NCBI GenBank assembly: GCA_030605345.1
Contig: JAUWIN010000002.1
Span: forward strand, 1,672-65,671
Length of the DNA: 64,000 nucleotides
Direction of reading: 5' to 3'
Source of the DNA: Candidatus Brocadiia bacterium
GTDB taxonomy: Bacteria > Planctomycetota > PUPC01
Part shown: positions 1 through 10,338 of the stretch, piece by piece
Numbering within the stretch: the first letter of the stretch is position 1
Layout: every line of letters begins with the position of its first letter
Notes under the pieces: model-generated
Seen by the model: the letters and a program-made list of their open reading frames with translations, nothing else
Database searches by the model: none
What the model was told of the DNA's origin: nothing
Position numbers and translations under genes: made by a program

Positions 1-866
1 GCGGATACGTCGGCCCGCCAAACCCCAACGGCGAAGGTGACATATACGGTATTCGGCAGAAAGTGGTCGAATACGAGGGCGGACATTACGGCGAGGTAAC
101 CTATAACCCGCTCGCTCAATACAGCACAGTAGAACAAATCGAAGCGAACTACACCTGGCCAAACCCCGATTGGTGGAGCTACGACCACCTTCCGGAAGCG
201 GTGGCCGGGGGCGAGCAGCGCCCGATCCGCGCCGGCGGCTCCGAGCCGTTCCTCCTATACAAAATGCTCCGCGGGCAGGAGCAGGCGTTTATGGACCTGG
301 TATTGAACCCCGAGATGGTTCATTACTGCCTGGACAAGCTTTTTGACCTCGCATACGAAGACACCCGCCGGACCTACGAAGCAATCCCGGGCAAGGTGAT
401 AATCACCTACATCGCCGAGGACATGGGGGCGCAGGACTCGCTGATGTTCTCACCGGAGCAGATACGCGAATTCCTCCTGCCGCGAATGAAACGAATGATC
501 GCCCTTGCTCACGACGCAGGGGCGTATGTGTTCCACCACGACGACGGCGCCTGCAAGCGCATCATCCCTGAGATGATCGAGATTGGCATCGACGTGCTCA
601 ACCCGGTCCAATGGCGATGCAAGGGAATGGACCGCGAGGGCCTGAAACGCGACTTCGGCGACAAACTGGTCTTCCACGGTTCGATGGACAATCAGTACAC
701 CCTTGAGTTCGGAACTGTCGAGGAGGTGAAGCAGGAGGTCCTCGACAACCTGCGCATCCTTGGCGAAGGCGGGGGCTACATCATGGCGCCCTGCCACAAC
801 ATCCAGGCTGTCAGCCCGCCCGAAAACATCGTCGCCATGTACGAAACAGGCTACGAAAACGGGTGA
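1..866 (+). CDS. Uroporphyrinogen decarboxylase (URO-D) family methyltransferase, MtaA/CmuA-like; 5' end outside window (reading frame open to position 3; listed ORF starts with GTG at 63)
   Basis: 267-aa ORF translation ending ...MAPCHNIQAVSPPENIVAMYETGYENG resembles the URO-D/MtaA family C-terminus; frame has no stop upstream to the window edge; adjacent to an MttB-family gene. Confidence 0.55.
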   Translation, partial: GYVGPPNPNGEGDIYGIRQKVVEYEGGHYGEVTYNPLAQYSTVEQIEANYTWPNPDWWSYDHLPEAVAGGEQRPIRAGGSEPFLLYKMLRGQEQAFMDLVLNPEMVHYCLDKLFDLAYEDTRRTYEAIPGKVIITYIAEDMGAQDSLMFSPEQIREFLLPRMKRMIALAHDAGAYVFHHDDGACKRIIPEMIEIGIDVLNPVQWRCKGMDREGLKRDFGDKLVFHGSMDNQYTLEFGTVEEVKQEVLDNLRILGEGGGYIMAPCHNIQAVSPPENIVAMYETGYENG

Positions 867-1001
867 GGTGATAGTGCGGAATTCGCGGCACGGGGCGGGC
901 CGGCGGCGACCGCGAGTTCCTCTGGGTCCGGCCTGACGCCTCACCCTCCAGGACACACGGCGGAAAAGCGTTAACCCGACTCTCACTCCGCGAGGTAGCG
1001 A

Positions 1002-2402
1002 ATGCGTTTGGTTGGCATCGGAGCGAACGTCCTCACCGACGAAGAGTTCGACAGGCTTCACAACGGCGCGCTGGATGTCCTCGAAACGGTGGGGCTCCAG
1101 ATAGACACGCCCGCGCTGCTCGACGTCTGCGCCGAGGCCGGAGGCACCGTCGTCGATGCCAACCGGGTGGTTTTCAAGCGGCACGTGGTCGAGCGCTACC
1201 TCGCAAACGTCGTCCCGCCCAAGCCGGGAGCGTGGATCTCCGCCGGGGTTGGCGTGTACGCAGGTTACTACCTTGACCCGTTCACGGACGAGTACCGCGA
1301 GTGGAACATGGCGGACCTGACCGACTACGTGAAGGTCGCGCGTGCGCTGCCGGCAGTGGACGGCGTGGGCATGACCACATCACCCATCCTGGAACACGGG
1401 GCACTGGGGCCTCTGTATGAGCGCCTGCTCGCCTGGAAGCGCGGCATCTCCAGCGGCGGATCGGGCCTGGACACGCGGCTGTGTCCGTACATCCACGAGC
1501 TGCACCAGATGAGGGCCGAGTGGCTCGGGTGCGACATCCAGCAGGCCAGCTCGGTGTGCCTGTTGATGATATCGCCCCTGCGCATCTCGAAGCAGGAGGG
1601 CGACCAGTTGATGTTCTTCCACGAGCGCGGCGTGCGCGCGGCGCTCGGCGCCATGATGACGCTCGGCGTGTCCGCCCCGATCACCATGGCAGGGACCGCG
1701 GCGGTCTGGCTGGCGCAGTCGTTCGCCAGGTACATCATATCCAACGCGCTTTTCGGCGAGCGAGAATTGAGCATCGGTGGCGACGTACACCCCGCCGACC
1801 TGCGCACCCTGATGAACTGCTACGGCCGGCCCGAATCGGCCATGTCACAGGTACTGATGGGTGAACTGGCAAGGCGCTACAGGGCGGGCTTTGCACCTCA
1901 CTCGGGCCACACCGACGCTAAAGTGCCCGGCGTAGAGGCCGGCATGCAGAAGGCACTCACAGCGACGACAACGCTGATAGCCAACGGCATGGCGACGTTC
2001 TCGTGCGGACTGCTGTCAGTGGACGAGGTGTTCTCGCCCGTCCAGATGGTCCTCGACGCCGAACTCGTCGGCGCATTGCGCCACATGATGCGCCAGCGCG
2101 AGGTCTCAGACGAGACCGTGGCGCTGGACGTCATACGCGCGGTCGGCCCGGGGAAGCCCTTCATGGACCGGGAGCACACGGTCAGGCACTACCGCGAGGA
2201 GATATGGGAGCCCTCGTTCTGGACGCGCGACATGGTCCAGCCGTTCCTGGCTTCGGGGAAGGTCTCGGCCGAGGAGCGCGCGCGGCGGAAGGTCCGGGAA
2301 ATCCTCGACGGCCCGGACCACGAGCCGGAGCTGACCGATTCGCAGGAGAAGAAGATACTGGCCGTCATCGACAGAGCCGGGAAGGCCCTGGCATCGAACT
2401 GA
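1002..2402 (+). CDS. MttB-superfamily (trimethylamine/glycine-betaine type) substrate:corrinoid methyltransferase, non-Pyl member
   Basis: 466 aa; N-terminus MRLVGIGANVLTDEEFDRLHNGALDVLETVGLQIDTP and overall size fit COG5598/MttB family; TAG stop 6 nt upstream in frame fixes start at 1002; GAGG-like RBS 7 nt upstream. Confidence 0.6.
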   Translation: MRLVGIGANVLTDEEFDRLHNGALDVLETVGLQIDTPALLDVCAEAGGTVVDANRVVFKRHVVERYLANVVPPKPGAWISAGVGVYAGYYLDPFTDEYREWNMADLTDYVKVARALPAVDGVGMTTSPILEHGALGPLYERLLAWKRGISSGGSGLDTRLCPYIHELHQMRAEWLGCDIQQASSVCLLMISPLRISKQEGDQLMFFHERGVRAALGAMMTLGVSAPITMAGTAAVWLAQSFARYIISNALFGERELSIGGDVHPADLRTLMNCYGRPESAMSQVLMGELARRYRAGFAPHSGHTDAKVPGVEAGMQKALTATTTLIANGMATFSCGLLSVDEVFSPVQMVLDAELVGALRHMMRQREVSDETVALDVIRAVGPGKPFMDREHTVRHYREEIWEPSFWTRDMVQPFLASGKVSAEERARRKVREILDGPDHEPELTDSQEKKILAVIDRAGKALASN

Positions 2403-2477
2403 CGCGCTGCCGGACCACGAGGCGCTCCAGAAAATGCGGTGGCTGACGTTGCGGGGGTTCTACGGACGGTTTTCCTG

Positions 2478-3377
2478 CTAAAGACGAAGCGGATTGGCCC
2501 AGGCCTGCTTGCCAGCGGCGTCAGTAACGACTGCGCGGACGAAGGGCCAATCGGGCACGTCGATGTTGAAACTTCGGATAGTTTTGCCGGCCGGGGCGAC
2601 GCGACGACGCCTCTGATCGGGGCCGGCCTTGAAGTCTATCCACGCGGCCATCGAGCAACTGAGCTTCACCTTGCCATCGGCGACGCGGAAGTCGTGAATC
2701 GTCGGGCCGGCGGACGCATAGCAGGCGCCGGTCCGAATCGCCTTCAAGACGTTAGCAACAGTCAGCGACCGCATCTTCAGCCAGGGCCATCCGGCATAGG
2801 CTTCCCGCAAGCCGTGGCGCGGTGCCCAGTGCACGTCGTCCGAGCCGATGGCGGATAGGAACACACCGTGCTCCATCGCCTCGGCCCACTCGCGCTCACT
2901 GCTGCCGCAGTTGCCGTCCCCCTCGCTCAGCGCTGTCCAGACCTCGCTCCCCGGCAGATGTTTGAGCCCGCCGAACTCCGAGATATCCATCGAGAGCTCC
3001 CTCGGGTGGGCAAGGATGCTCAGGCCGCCGACCCGAGCCACTTGGTCGAGGCAGCTTTGTACGTCTTGCTGGCTGCGGCGGCTGATGGGAAAGCTGTGTG
3101 GCAGGTTCAGCACGGCCAGATGATAGTTGCCCCTTCGTTCCGGGAAGGGTGGGTGCGCTTCCATCCCGTTGATGACCAGGGTTTTGTCATCCGACAGGCC
3201 GCGAATGTCGTTGGTGTGCTCGTGGTCCGTCAGGGCGATAATGTCGAACCCGTGCTCTCGGTAGCATTGCACGACCTCCTGTGGCCAGAGGGCCCCGTCG
3301 GAAGTTCTGGTGTGCGCGTGGAAGTTCCCCTTATACCATTTTCCCGGCAACTCGAACGGGTTGACAAATCGGGGCAT
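2478..3377 (-). CDS. PHP-domain metal-dependent phosphoesterase
   Basis: HAHTRTSDG ... ALTDHEH ... motifs typical of PHP (polymerase/histidinol phosphatase) domain. Confidence 0.6.
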   Translation of the reverse strand: MPRFVNPFELPGKWYKGNFHAHTRTSDGALWPQEVVQCYREHGFDIIALTDHEHTNDIRGLSDDKTLVINGMEAHPPFPERRGNYHLAVLNLPHSFPISRRSQQDVQSCLDQVARVGGLSILAHPRELSMDISEFGGLKHLPGSEVWTALSEGDGNCGSSEREWAEAMEHGVFLSAIGSDDVHWAPRHGLREAYAGWPWLKMRSLTVANVLKAIRTGACYASAGPTIHDFRVADGKVKLSCSMAAWIDFKAGPDQRRRRVAPAGKTIRSFNIDVPDWPFVRAVVTDAAGKQAWANPLRL

Positions 3378-3579
3378 AACTTATTCATCCTTCCGTGTAA
3401 TGTGACCCACCAAAATACCTGCCGACCGCCTTCGCGACTGGCGAGCGTAAACTTTACCATATCGAACAGTCACAGGGAAGGTGGCGCTGGCAAATGGGTG
3501 GAAATGGGCGAGTTATGCTCGAGGCTTGAGGCTCTCTCCCGTTTCCACGAACAAGCATCCAAGACGCCGCGAGCGCTTA

Positions 3580-4239
3580 TCACACTAACTGCGGCCGCAG
3601 ACGCGCAAACCTCGCCGCCACGAATCCTGCGCCTGTGACTATTCCTGCACGTATTGACGAGGTCCCAATCGGTTCACCGGGCGGAGTGAACAGGCAGCTT
3701 CGCGCGCCGTCAAAGGTGAGGCCGGCATCTGCGGCGAGCTTGACGACTTGGTCGCATGTGTAGAACTTGGCGGCGGAATAGAATCGATGCCCTTCACGTG
3801 CTTTTCGAGCGTAGAGTTCTCCCCATGCACTATCCGCAGGCACAAGGCCGAGAATCAGGCGGCCGTCATCTTGCAGGACGCGTCGGCATTCTTTGAGCGC
3901 CTTCAGCGGATCGGCGAGGAAGCAAATAGTCACCACCATGAGCACACCGTCAAGGCTGTCGTCGGGGTATGGCAAATCTTCGCCGCGGCCCAGTTGCGTC
4001 CGGATGCCGCGCCCCGCCGCTATCTCGAGCACGGCCTTGGAAGGATCAATGCCTTCGTTGATGCACAGCGCTCGGGCGAACCGGCCTGTCCCCACGCCGA
4101 CTTCGACCCATCGGCCTTCGACGCTGCCGATAATTTCTCGCAAGCAGGCCACTTCTTGCGCGAAAATCAGGCCGCCTTGGGAAGAATCAAACCATTCATC
4201 GTATTGTTTTGCGAAAAGGTCAAACGGAGTATCGGCCAT
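3580..4239 (-). CDS. Class I SAM-dependent methyltransferase (Methyltransf_11-like)
   Basis: VEVGVGTGRFA motif I, DGVLMVVTICFLADP motif, ~219 aa. Confidence 0.65.
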   Translation of the reverse strand: MADTPFDLFAKQYDEWFDSSQGGLIFAQEVACLREIIGSVEGRWVEVGVGTGRFARALCINEGIDPSKAVLEIAAGRGIRTQLGRGEDLPYPDDSLDGVLMVVTICFLADPLKALKECRRVLQDDGRLILGLVPADSAWGELYARKAREGHRFYSAAKFYTCDQVVKLAADAGLTFDGARSCLFTPPGEPIGTSSIRAGIVTGAGFVAARFARLRPQLV

Positions 4240-4327
4240 CTCTGTATCTCATTTATCGCCCGACCTTACCGGAACGCGCCACTGCCATTACCGACAACGA
4301 ACTGTCTATTTTTATATGGGCGCTGCA

Positions 4328-5992
4328 TCATTTGCCGGCCATCATGGCCTCGATATCCGCATCAACCGTATCGATTGGCTTGATATCGAATTTATCCACC
4401 AGGACTTTGGCCACGTTCGGGGACAGGAACGCGGGGAGAGTAGGCCCGAGCCGAATCCCCGTGACGCCCAGATGCAAAAGTGCGAGCAGAACCGTCACGG
4501 CCTTCTGCTCGTACCAGGCGATGTCGTAGGATATTGGGAGTTCGTTGATGTCGTCCAGCCCGAAGGCCTCCTTCAATTTCAAGGCAATCACCGCAAGTGA
4601 ATAGCAGTCGTTACACTGCCCGGCATCGAGCACCCGCGGGATACCGCCGATATTCCCAAGATCGAGTTTGTTGTAACGGTATTTGGCGCAGCCGGCCGTG
4701 AGAATTACCGTGTCCTTCGGCAGTTTTTCAGCCATTTCCGTGTAGTAATTTCTGGTTTTGTGCCTGCCGTCGCATCCGGCCATGACCACGAAACGTTTGA
4801 TGGCTCCGGACTTCACTGCCTCCACTACTTTGTCCGCCAGGGCGAGGACTTGGTTACGTGCGAATCCGGCGGTGATTTTGCCGGTTTCGATTTCCACGGG
4901 CGGCTCGCACGTTTTTGCCAGTTCAATGATTTCAGAAAAATCCTTGGCTCCGCCCTGGGGTCTGTCAGGAATATGTTTCGCATCTGGATATCCCGTCATG
5001 CCCGTGGTAAAGAGTCTGTCCTGATAGGTGTTATTCTTTTTGAGTGGGACCAGACAGTTCGTGGTCATCAGGATCGGCCCGTTGAAGGACTCGAATTCCT
5101 GGTTCTGGTGCCACCAGGAGCCGCCGTAATTGCCTACGAAATGCTCGTATTTCTTGAACGCCGGGTAGCAATTAGCGGGCAACATCTCGCCGTGAGTATA
5201 GACATCAACGCCGGCCCCCTCGGTCTGCGTGAGGAGTTCTTCCATGTCTTTCAAGTCGTGCCCACTTATCAGGATGCCGGGGCGACTGCGAACGCCGATG
5301 TTCACCTCGGACATCTCCTGGTGCCCGTAGGCGGAGGTGTTTGCTTTGTCCAGCAGAGCCATCGTGTTCACTGCAACTTCTCCGGACTTCAGGACCAGAT
5401 CGATCATCTCATTCACCGAGAGGTCTCTGGTGGTGGAAACCAGCGCGGTCATAATGAAATCGTAGATGTCATCCTGTTCGAGCCCGAGGATGGCCGCGTG
5501 GTCTGCATAGGCCGCAGTGCCTTTCAGGCCGATGGTCAGCAGCTCCCGCAGAGAACGCACATCTTCATCTTCGGTTGTGAGGATGCCAACGGTCTTCGCC
5601 CTTTCGTGAAACTCTGCGGGGGCATCGGATGTCCACGTTGCCGCGTCGTGCAACGCTTCGTCAAAATCCTTCCCGTGTTTCTCTTTGTAGGCGGCGGTGA
5701 ACTTGTCTTTGAGTGCCTCCCGGCGTTTCAACGCCTCTCTGACCATGCTGATGAACCGCTCATTATCCCAATTGACATTAGTGATGGTCGCAAAAAGCGC
5801 CTGTGCCACGAACTTGCCGGTCTGCCGGTCGGAGATTTCAAGCTCCCTTGCCTTTTCGGCATAGATGCTGATTCCTTTCAGCACGTAGATCAACAGGTCC
5901 TGCAAGTTGGCTGTTTCCTCAGACTTTCCGCAAACGCCCTTGACCGTACAACCCGTATTCTTGGCGGTCTCCTGACACTGAAAACAAAACAT
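4328..5992 (-). CDS. hcp: Hydroxylamine reductase / hybrid cluster protein Hcp
   Basis: N-terminal [16 protein letters not shown]ys cluster and length (~555 aa) typical of Hcp; ATG at 5992 preceded by AAGGAGGG RBS; the ORF-track start at 6070 adds 26 non-conserved residues. Confidence 0.85.
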   Translation of the reverse strand: MFCFQCQETAKNTGCTVKGVCGKSEETANLQDLLIYVLKGISIYAEKARELEISDRQTGKFVAQALFATITNVNWDNERFISMVREALKRREALKDKFTAAYKEKHGKDFDEALHDAATWTSDAPAEFHERAKTVGILTTEDEDVRSLRELLTIGLKGTAAYADHAAILGLEQDDIYDFIMTALVSTTRDLSVNEMIDLVLKSGEVAVNTMALLDKANTSAYGHQEMSEVNIGVRSRPGILISGHDLKDMEELLTQTEGAGVDVYTHGEMLPANCYPAFKKYEHFVGNYGGSWWHQNQEFESFNGPILMTTNCLVPLKKNNTYQDRLFTTGMTGYPDAKHIPDRPQGGAKDFSEIIELAKTCEPPVEIETGKITAGFARNQVLALADKVVEAVKSGAIKRFVVMAGCDGRHKTRNYYTEMAEKLPKDTVILTAGCAKYRYNKLDLGNIGGIPRVLDAGQCNDCYSLAVIALKLKEAFGLDDINELPISYDIAWYEQKAVTVLLALLHLGVTGIRLGPTLPAFLSPNVAKVLVDKFDIKPIDTVDADIEAMMAGK

Positions 5993-6299
5993 ACTCACCC
6001 TCCTTTTTCTGAAGGTATCAACGTTCCCCGCCTCACCCGCACCATACCTGTGCCGGGGCAGCGGATTCACCGGATTACATACTATAACATTCCCTTAGGC
6101 GGTATCCAGATCGATCGCGTGAGAAATTCATCAACTGGTGATTGGCGGACAGATGCACCAGCGGTTTGGCAGCTGTCGCCCGCGCCGACGCCCGGCATCG
6201 CTGTTTACTTGCCCGGCGGAAGTTCGAAATGTCGGGCTGGGGTGCGATAGCGACCACGTGTCGGCTTCTCAGATTACCGATATATTCTCAACAAAATGG

Positions 6300-6327
6300 T
6301 TGACATCTCTTGGCGATTTGGTAAAAT
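6300..6327 (+). promoter_or_regulatory. sigma70-like promoter TTGACA-16-TAAAAT upstream of arsR-family gene (divergent from hcp)
   Basis: Read directly: ttgacatctcttggcgatttggtaaaat. Confidence 0.4.
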
Positions 6328-6356
6328 AGTAAAGGATAATGAAGAAAGGACCAGCC

Positions 6357-6677
6357 ATGGACCCGAAGATCAAGGCGAAGTACGAGGCTCGGGCGCGGAT
6401 CATCAAGGCTATGTCGCATCCGACACGGCTGTTCATGGTGGATGTGCTTTCCAAGGGCGAGCGGTGCGTCTGCGAGTTGACCGAAATGGTCGGTGACGAT
6501 ATCTCCACAATCTCCAAGCATCTCTCGGTCCTCAAGACCGCCGGCATCGTCGCAGACGAGAAGCGCGGCACGCAGGTCTTCTATACTCTTCGCGGCCCTT
6601 GCGTGCTCAACTTCTTCTCCTGCGTGGAATCGGTCCTCAAGACTAAGGCGAAGGAGCAGGCGGCGCTGGCAAAGTGA
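6357..6677 (+). CDS. ArsR/SmtB family transcriptional regulator
   Basis: HPTRLFMVDVLSKGERCVCEL...ISKHLSVLKTAGIV winged-HTH metal-sensor signature; start placed at second ATG (MDPKIK) which has a GAAAGGA RBS; ORF track starts at 6339. Confidence 0.7.
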   Translation: MDPKIKAKYEARARIIKAMSHPTRLFMVDVLSKGERCVCELTEMVGDDISTISKHLSVLKTAGIVADEKRGTQVFYTLRGPCVLNFFSCVESVLKTKAKEQAALAK

Positions 6678-6721
6678 TAGCGCTCTCTTTTAGGGTCATC
6701 CTTGGCGGTTTCGCCAAATAG

Positions 6722-8053
6722 ATGCAGGGCAGTGACCGAATGAAGTGGAAAGACGAATGGAAGAAGCTGGCGATCCTCGCGATTGCGTTCCTCGCTTGCT
6801 TCTACCTGCCAGTGGAATATCTCCAGGGATGGGCGCGGCTGAAGAACGCAGTCTGGGAATCGCTCTACCTCGTGCGCTGGTACGCGCAGGAGCACGTGCT
6901 CCTGTGCTTGGTGCCCGCGTTCTTCATCGCCGGTGCCATCGCCGTCTTCGTGCGCCCGGCGTCGGTGATTAGGTACCTCGGAGCCAAGGCAAACAAGGTG
7001 CTCGCCTACGGCGTGGCCTCAGTGTCGGGGACTATCCTTGCGGTCTGCTCCTGCACGGTGCTGCCACTCTTCGCGGGCATCTACCGCATGGGCGCGGGGT
7101 TGGGACCGGCCTGCTCGTTCCTCTACTCGGGACCTGCCATCAACGTGCTGGCAATCATCTTGACCGCGCGTGTCTTGGGGCTGGAGCTTGGCATCGCTCG
7201 CGCGGTTGGGGCCATCGTCTTCTCGATTGTCATCGGCCTTGCCATGCACTTCATTTTCCGAAAGGAGGAGATACAGAAGGCAAACGCTCAGGCGGACATG
7301 CCCGAATCGGAGGAGGCCCGTCCGCTCTGGAAGAACGCCCTTTTCTTCACTGCCATGGTCGGCGTCCTCGTCTTCGCCAACCTGGGCAAGCCAGACGGGG
7401 CCACTGGTCTCTGGCACGCGGTCCACGCCGCCAAGTGGATCATCACGGGCGTCTTTGCCTTGGCGATTGCACTCATCCTGGTGTTCTGGCTCAAGGTGGC
7501 ATGGCTGAAGGTCGCACTGACAGCTATTCCGACCGCCATTCTGGCATTCATCTTCCATGACGAGCCGATGATTGCGTTCGCCGCCGCCGTGGTTGGGCTT
7601 TCCTGGGCGACGAGCACGGATCAGGGCGAAGGGGGTGAATGGTTCGCCCAGTCATGGAGCTTCGCCAAGCAGATTATGCCGCTCCTTCTGGCCGGGGTAC
7701 TTGTGGCGGGCCTGCTGCTCGGGCGTCCCGGGCACGAGGGGGTGATCCCACCAGAATGGGTGACAGGGGCCGTCGGCGGCAACTCGCTTTTCGCCAATTT
7801 CTTCGCATCGCTGGCTGGTGCATTCATGTATTTCGCCACACTCACCGAGGTGCCGATCTTGCAAGGGTTGATCGGCGCGGGGATGGGCAAGGGGCCGGCG
7901 TTGGCGTTGCTCTTAGCGGGCCCTGCGCTGTCTTTGCCCAACATGCTCGTCATCCGCAGCGTGATGGGAACGAAAAAGACCATGGTGTTCGTGGCGCTCG
8001 TAGTCGTCATGGCCACGGTCACTGGGATGGTCTACGGGACAATTTTCGGATAG
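6722..8053 (+). CDS. COG0701-type permease (ArsP-like putative organoarsenical/thiol permease)
   Basis: Multi-TM protein with CSCTVLPLFAGIY...GPACSFLYSGPAINVLAI motifs characteristic of the two-repeat COG0701 permease family; genomic context ArsR + thioredoxin-fold protein is the canonical neighbourhood. Confidence 0.6.
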   Translation: MQGSDRMKWKDEWKKLAILAIAFLACFYLPVEYLQGWARLKNAVWESLYLVRWYAQEHVLLCLVPAFFIAGAIAVFVRPASVIRYLGAKANKVLAYGVASVSGTILAVCSCTVLPLFAGIYRMGAGLGPACSFLYSGPAINVLAIILTARVLGLELGIARAVGAIVFSIVIGLAMHFIFRKEEIQKANAQADMPESEEARPLWKNALFFTAMVGVLVFANLGKPDGATGLWHAVHAAKWIITGVFALAIALILVFWLKVAWLKVALTAIPTAILAFIFHDEPMIAFAAAVVGLSWATSTDQGEGGEWFAQSWSFAKQIMPLLLAGVLVAGLLLGRPGHEGVIPPEWVTGAVGGNSLFANFFASLAGAFMYFATLTEVPILQGLIGAGMGKGPALALLLAGPALSLPNMLVIRSVMGTKKTMVFVALVVVMATVTGMVYGTIFG

Positions 8054-8062
8054 GAGGTCAAG

Positions 8063-8296
8063 ATGAAGAAGATACAAATCCTGGGCACCGGTTGCCCGAA
8101 ATGCAAGAAACTCACAGAGAACGCCGAAGCAGCGGCCAAGGAACTCGGCATCGAGTGCGAGATCGAGAAGGTCACGGACATCAACGAGATAATGAAGTTC
8201 GGCGTCATGATAACGCCCGCGCTCGCCGTGGACGGCGACGTGAAGTCGGCGGGAAAGGTCCTGTCGGTCGACGATATCAAGGAAGCTCTTAGATAG
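8063..8296 (+). CDS. Thioredoxin-family small protein (redox-active disulfide protein 2 type)
   Basis: 77 aa, GTGCPKCKK CxxC motif at N-terminus; typical partner of COG0701 permeases. Confidence 0.65.
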   Translation: MKKIQILGTGCPKCKKLTENAEAAAKELGIECEIEKVTDINEIMKFGVMITPALAVDGDVKSAGKVLSVDDIKEALR

Positions 8297-8310
8297 AAAG
8301 GAAACATATC

Positions 8311-8694
8311 ATGCCAAACGAATGCGCTTGTAATGCAACGCCCAGGCTGATCTTCGCGTGCTCGGGAGCGGCCGATGTGGGAGCCATCGCCGACCAGGCA
8401 GCGCGCAAGCTCGCGAAGGAAGGCGTCGACAAGATGTTCTGCCTGGCGGGAGTGGGCGGACGGGTTTCCGGCATCATGAAGACCACGGAGGTCGCGAACA
8501 AGATACTCGCCATCGATGGCTGCCCGCTCGATTGCGCCAAGAACTGCCTGGAGCAGGCCGGGTTCACCAAGTTCGAGCACCTGCAGCTCGCCGAGATGGG
8601 GCTTGAAAAAGGCAAGTCGCCCGTCAGCGACGACGCCGTCGAAAAGGTGGCGGCCAAGGGAAAACAGATGCTTGCCGGAGGTTGCCACGCATGA
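8311..8694 (+). CDS. DGC-domain protein (putative Zn-binding, Cys-rich)
   Basis: AIDGCPLDCAKNC plus N-terminal CACN...CSGAAD cysteines match DGC domain pattern. Confidence 0.5.
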   Translation: MPNECACNATPRLIFACSGAADVGAIADQAARKLAKEGVDKMFCLAGVGGRVSGIMKTTEVANKILAIDGCPLDCAKNCLEQAGFTKFEHLQLAEMGLEKGKSPVSDDAVEKVAAKGKQMLAGGCHA

Positions 8695-9806
8695 AACCCA
8701 AGACCATCATCACTGCCACGCTGCTCCTGTTTGTCGCCGCCAGCGTCGTCTACCTGGTGGTCAAGGAGACGGGCGGGAGACGGGCGCAGAACGCGACCCG
8801 GCCTGAAACGCCCTCCCCTCAAACCGGGCAGGAGCACGGCACGCCGCCCCCCGCCTCTTCTGAGAACGCGACGGCGATTGCCGAGGCGGCCCCGCCGCCC
8901 GCGAGTTCATCACCGGCCTCGGACACGGCTGCGAAGTCTCCCGCGACGTTGCCTGCCGTGCGGGGCGACGCGGATGACCCGACGGTGGGCAAGGAATACC
9001 CCCAACTGGCCTCGGCGGCCCTTGTCCACGCCAAGCTGGCAGAACTGCCCGACGGTGTGCTTCTCCGCGCCGAGGACACTGCAATAACGCAGAAGGACAT
9101 CGACGCGGAGGTCACCAAGGCGCCGCAGGAGCTTCGCGAGCAGTTCCGCAAGAACGCTTTTCCCCTTCTGGAGCAGATGGCCACGCGGAAGATTTTGGTG
9201 CTGGAGGCCCGGCGACACGTAAGCGGCGCGAGCGGCGACGAACGAGCGTTGCTCCAGTCATACTTCGGCAAACTTGTCGAGGATGCCCAGGTCAGCGACC
9301 GGGAGATCGCGGAGTTCTATGAAAAGAACCGCGAGATGGTCGGCGACGCGACGCTGGAGCAGGTCAAACCCCAGATCCGGCAGCACCTGCTTCAGCAGAA
9401 AAAGCAGGAGATCGTGGACCGCCATATCCAGACCATCGGGCAGCGCTCGGCGATTGCGGTGTCCGCCGGTTGGGTCAAGCAGCAGGCGGAACTGGCAAAA
9501 GATAACCCTGTGGACAAGGCTCGCGCCAGCGGAAAGCCCACCTTCGTCAACTTCGGGGCCAAAGGTTGCCGGCCGTGTGACATGATGGAACCCATCCGGC
9601 AAGCCATCAAGAAGAAGTACGCCGGCAAACTGAACGTCGTGTTCGTTCATGTCCGCAATGAGCAGATACTTGCCGCCCGATATGGCGTCCAGGCGATTCC
9701 GCTGCTTGTTTTTTTCGACAAGAACGGAAAGGAAGTGTTCCGACACACCGGTTTCATGCCCCGGGATCAATTAGAGAAGAATCTGGCGGAGATGGGAGTC
9801 CGCTAA
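8691..9806 (+). CDS. Membrane-anchored thioredoxin-domain protein with Pro/Ala-rich linker
   Basis: N-terminal TM helix, low-complexity P/A/S linker, C-terminal FVNFGAKGCRPCDMMEP thioredoxin CxxC fold; start moved to ATG overlapping upstream stop (ATGA). Confidence 0.5.
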   Translation: MKPKTIITATLLLFVAASVVYLVVKETGGRRAQNATRPETPSPQTGQEHGTPPPASSENATAIAEAAPPPASSSPASDTAAKSPATLPAVRGDADDPTVGKEYPQLASAALVHAKLAELPDGVLLRAEDTAITQKDIDAEVTKAPQELREQFRKNAFPLLEQMATRKILVLEARRHVSGASGDERALLQSYFGKLVEDAQVSDREIAEFYEKNREMVGDATLEQVKPQIRQHLLQQKKQEIVDRHIQTIGQRSAIAVSAGWVKQQAELAKDNPVDKARASGKPTFVNFGAKGCRPCDMMEPIRQAIKKKYAGKLNVVFVHVRNEQILAARYGVQAIPLLVFFDKNGKEVFRHTGFMPRDQLEKNLAEMGVR

Positions 9807-9855
9807 TGCCCTGGTGTTTTTGGAGTCTGGTTGAAAGAGGCTGGGAGTTCGTCCC

Positions 9856-10338
9856 ATGAAAGCAGAAAAAATCATCCGTAGCCTTCTGCTCGGTTTTGTG
9901 CTGATCAGCGTTGGCTTCTTCCTCGGTAAGGAAGCTGCTCTTCGTAAGGCCGGGCAGAGCGGCGAGGAAACCGCAGCAGCGAACCCCCAGGTGGCTTCAG
10001 GCGACAAAGTGCTTGTCTATTCCATGCACATGACGTTCCGCTGCTGGGAATGCAACCAGATCGAGTGGTTGACGAAGGAACTGCTGGAAAAAGAATTCGC
10101 CGAAGAAATCGCGGCCGGTCGGATCGAACACAAGGCGGTTGACTACATGAAAAACGAGAGTCTTGCCAAGCGGTACAACATCGCCTCCAGCACAGTCGTG
10201 GTTGTCCAGATTCGTAACGGGAAGGAAACACGTTTTGAGAGGCTTGACGAAGTCTGGACGAAATCCAGGAACAAGAAAGCGTTCTTTGCGTATGTCGGAG
10301 GCGCGATCCGGTCGTGCCTGAACGGGGGTAAGTCATGA
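9856..10338 (+). CDS. Small membrane-anchored CxxC protein (thioredoxin-like?), function unknown
   Basis: N-terminal TM helix then FRCWECNQIEWL motif; GGGAG RBS; translationally coupled to ccdA-like gene. Confidence 0.4.
   Translation: MKAEKIIRSLLLGFVLISVGFFLGKEAALRKAGQSGEETAAANPQVASGDKVLVYSMHMTFRCWECNQIEWLTKELLEKEFAEEIAAGRIEHKAVDYMKNESLAKRYNIASSTVVVVQIRNGKETRFERLDEVWTKSRNKKAFFAYVGGAIRSCLNGGKS

Noticed and set aside
450-1184. 244-aa ORF antisense to the MtaA-like gene, and many similar long antisense/overlapping ORFs (for example 1325..1807, 4760..6250, 21008..21778, 21940..22986, 24730..25812, 29541..30572, 48861..50162, 50691..52529, 52282..53604)
   Set aside because: High-GC DNA generates long stop-free antisense frames. 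These have no family motifs, Arg/Pro/Ala-rich low-complexity translations, and lie opposite genes with clear homology.
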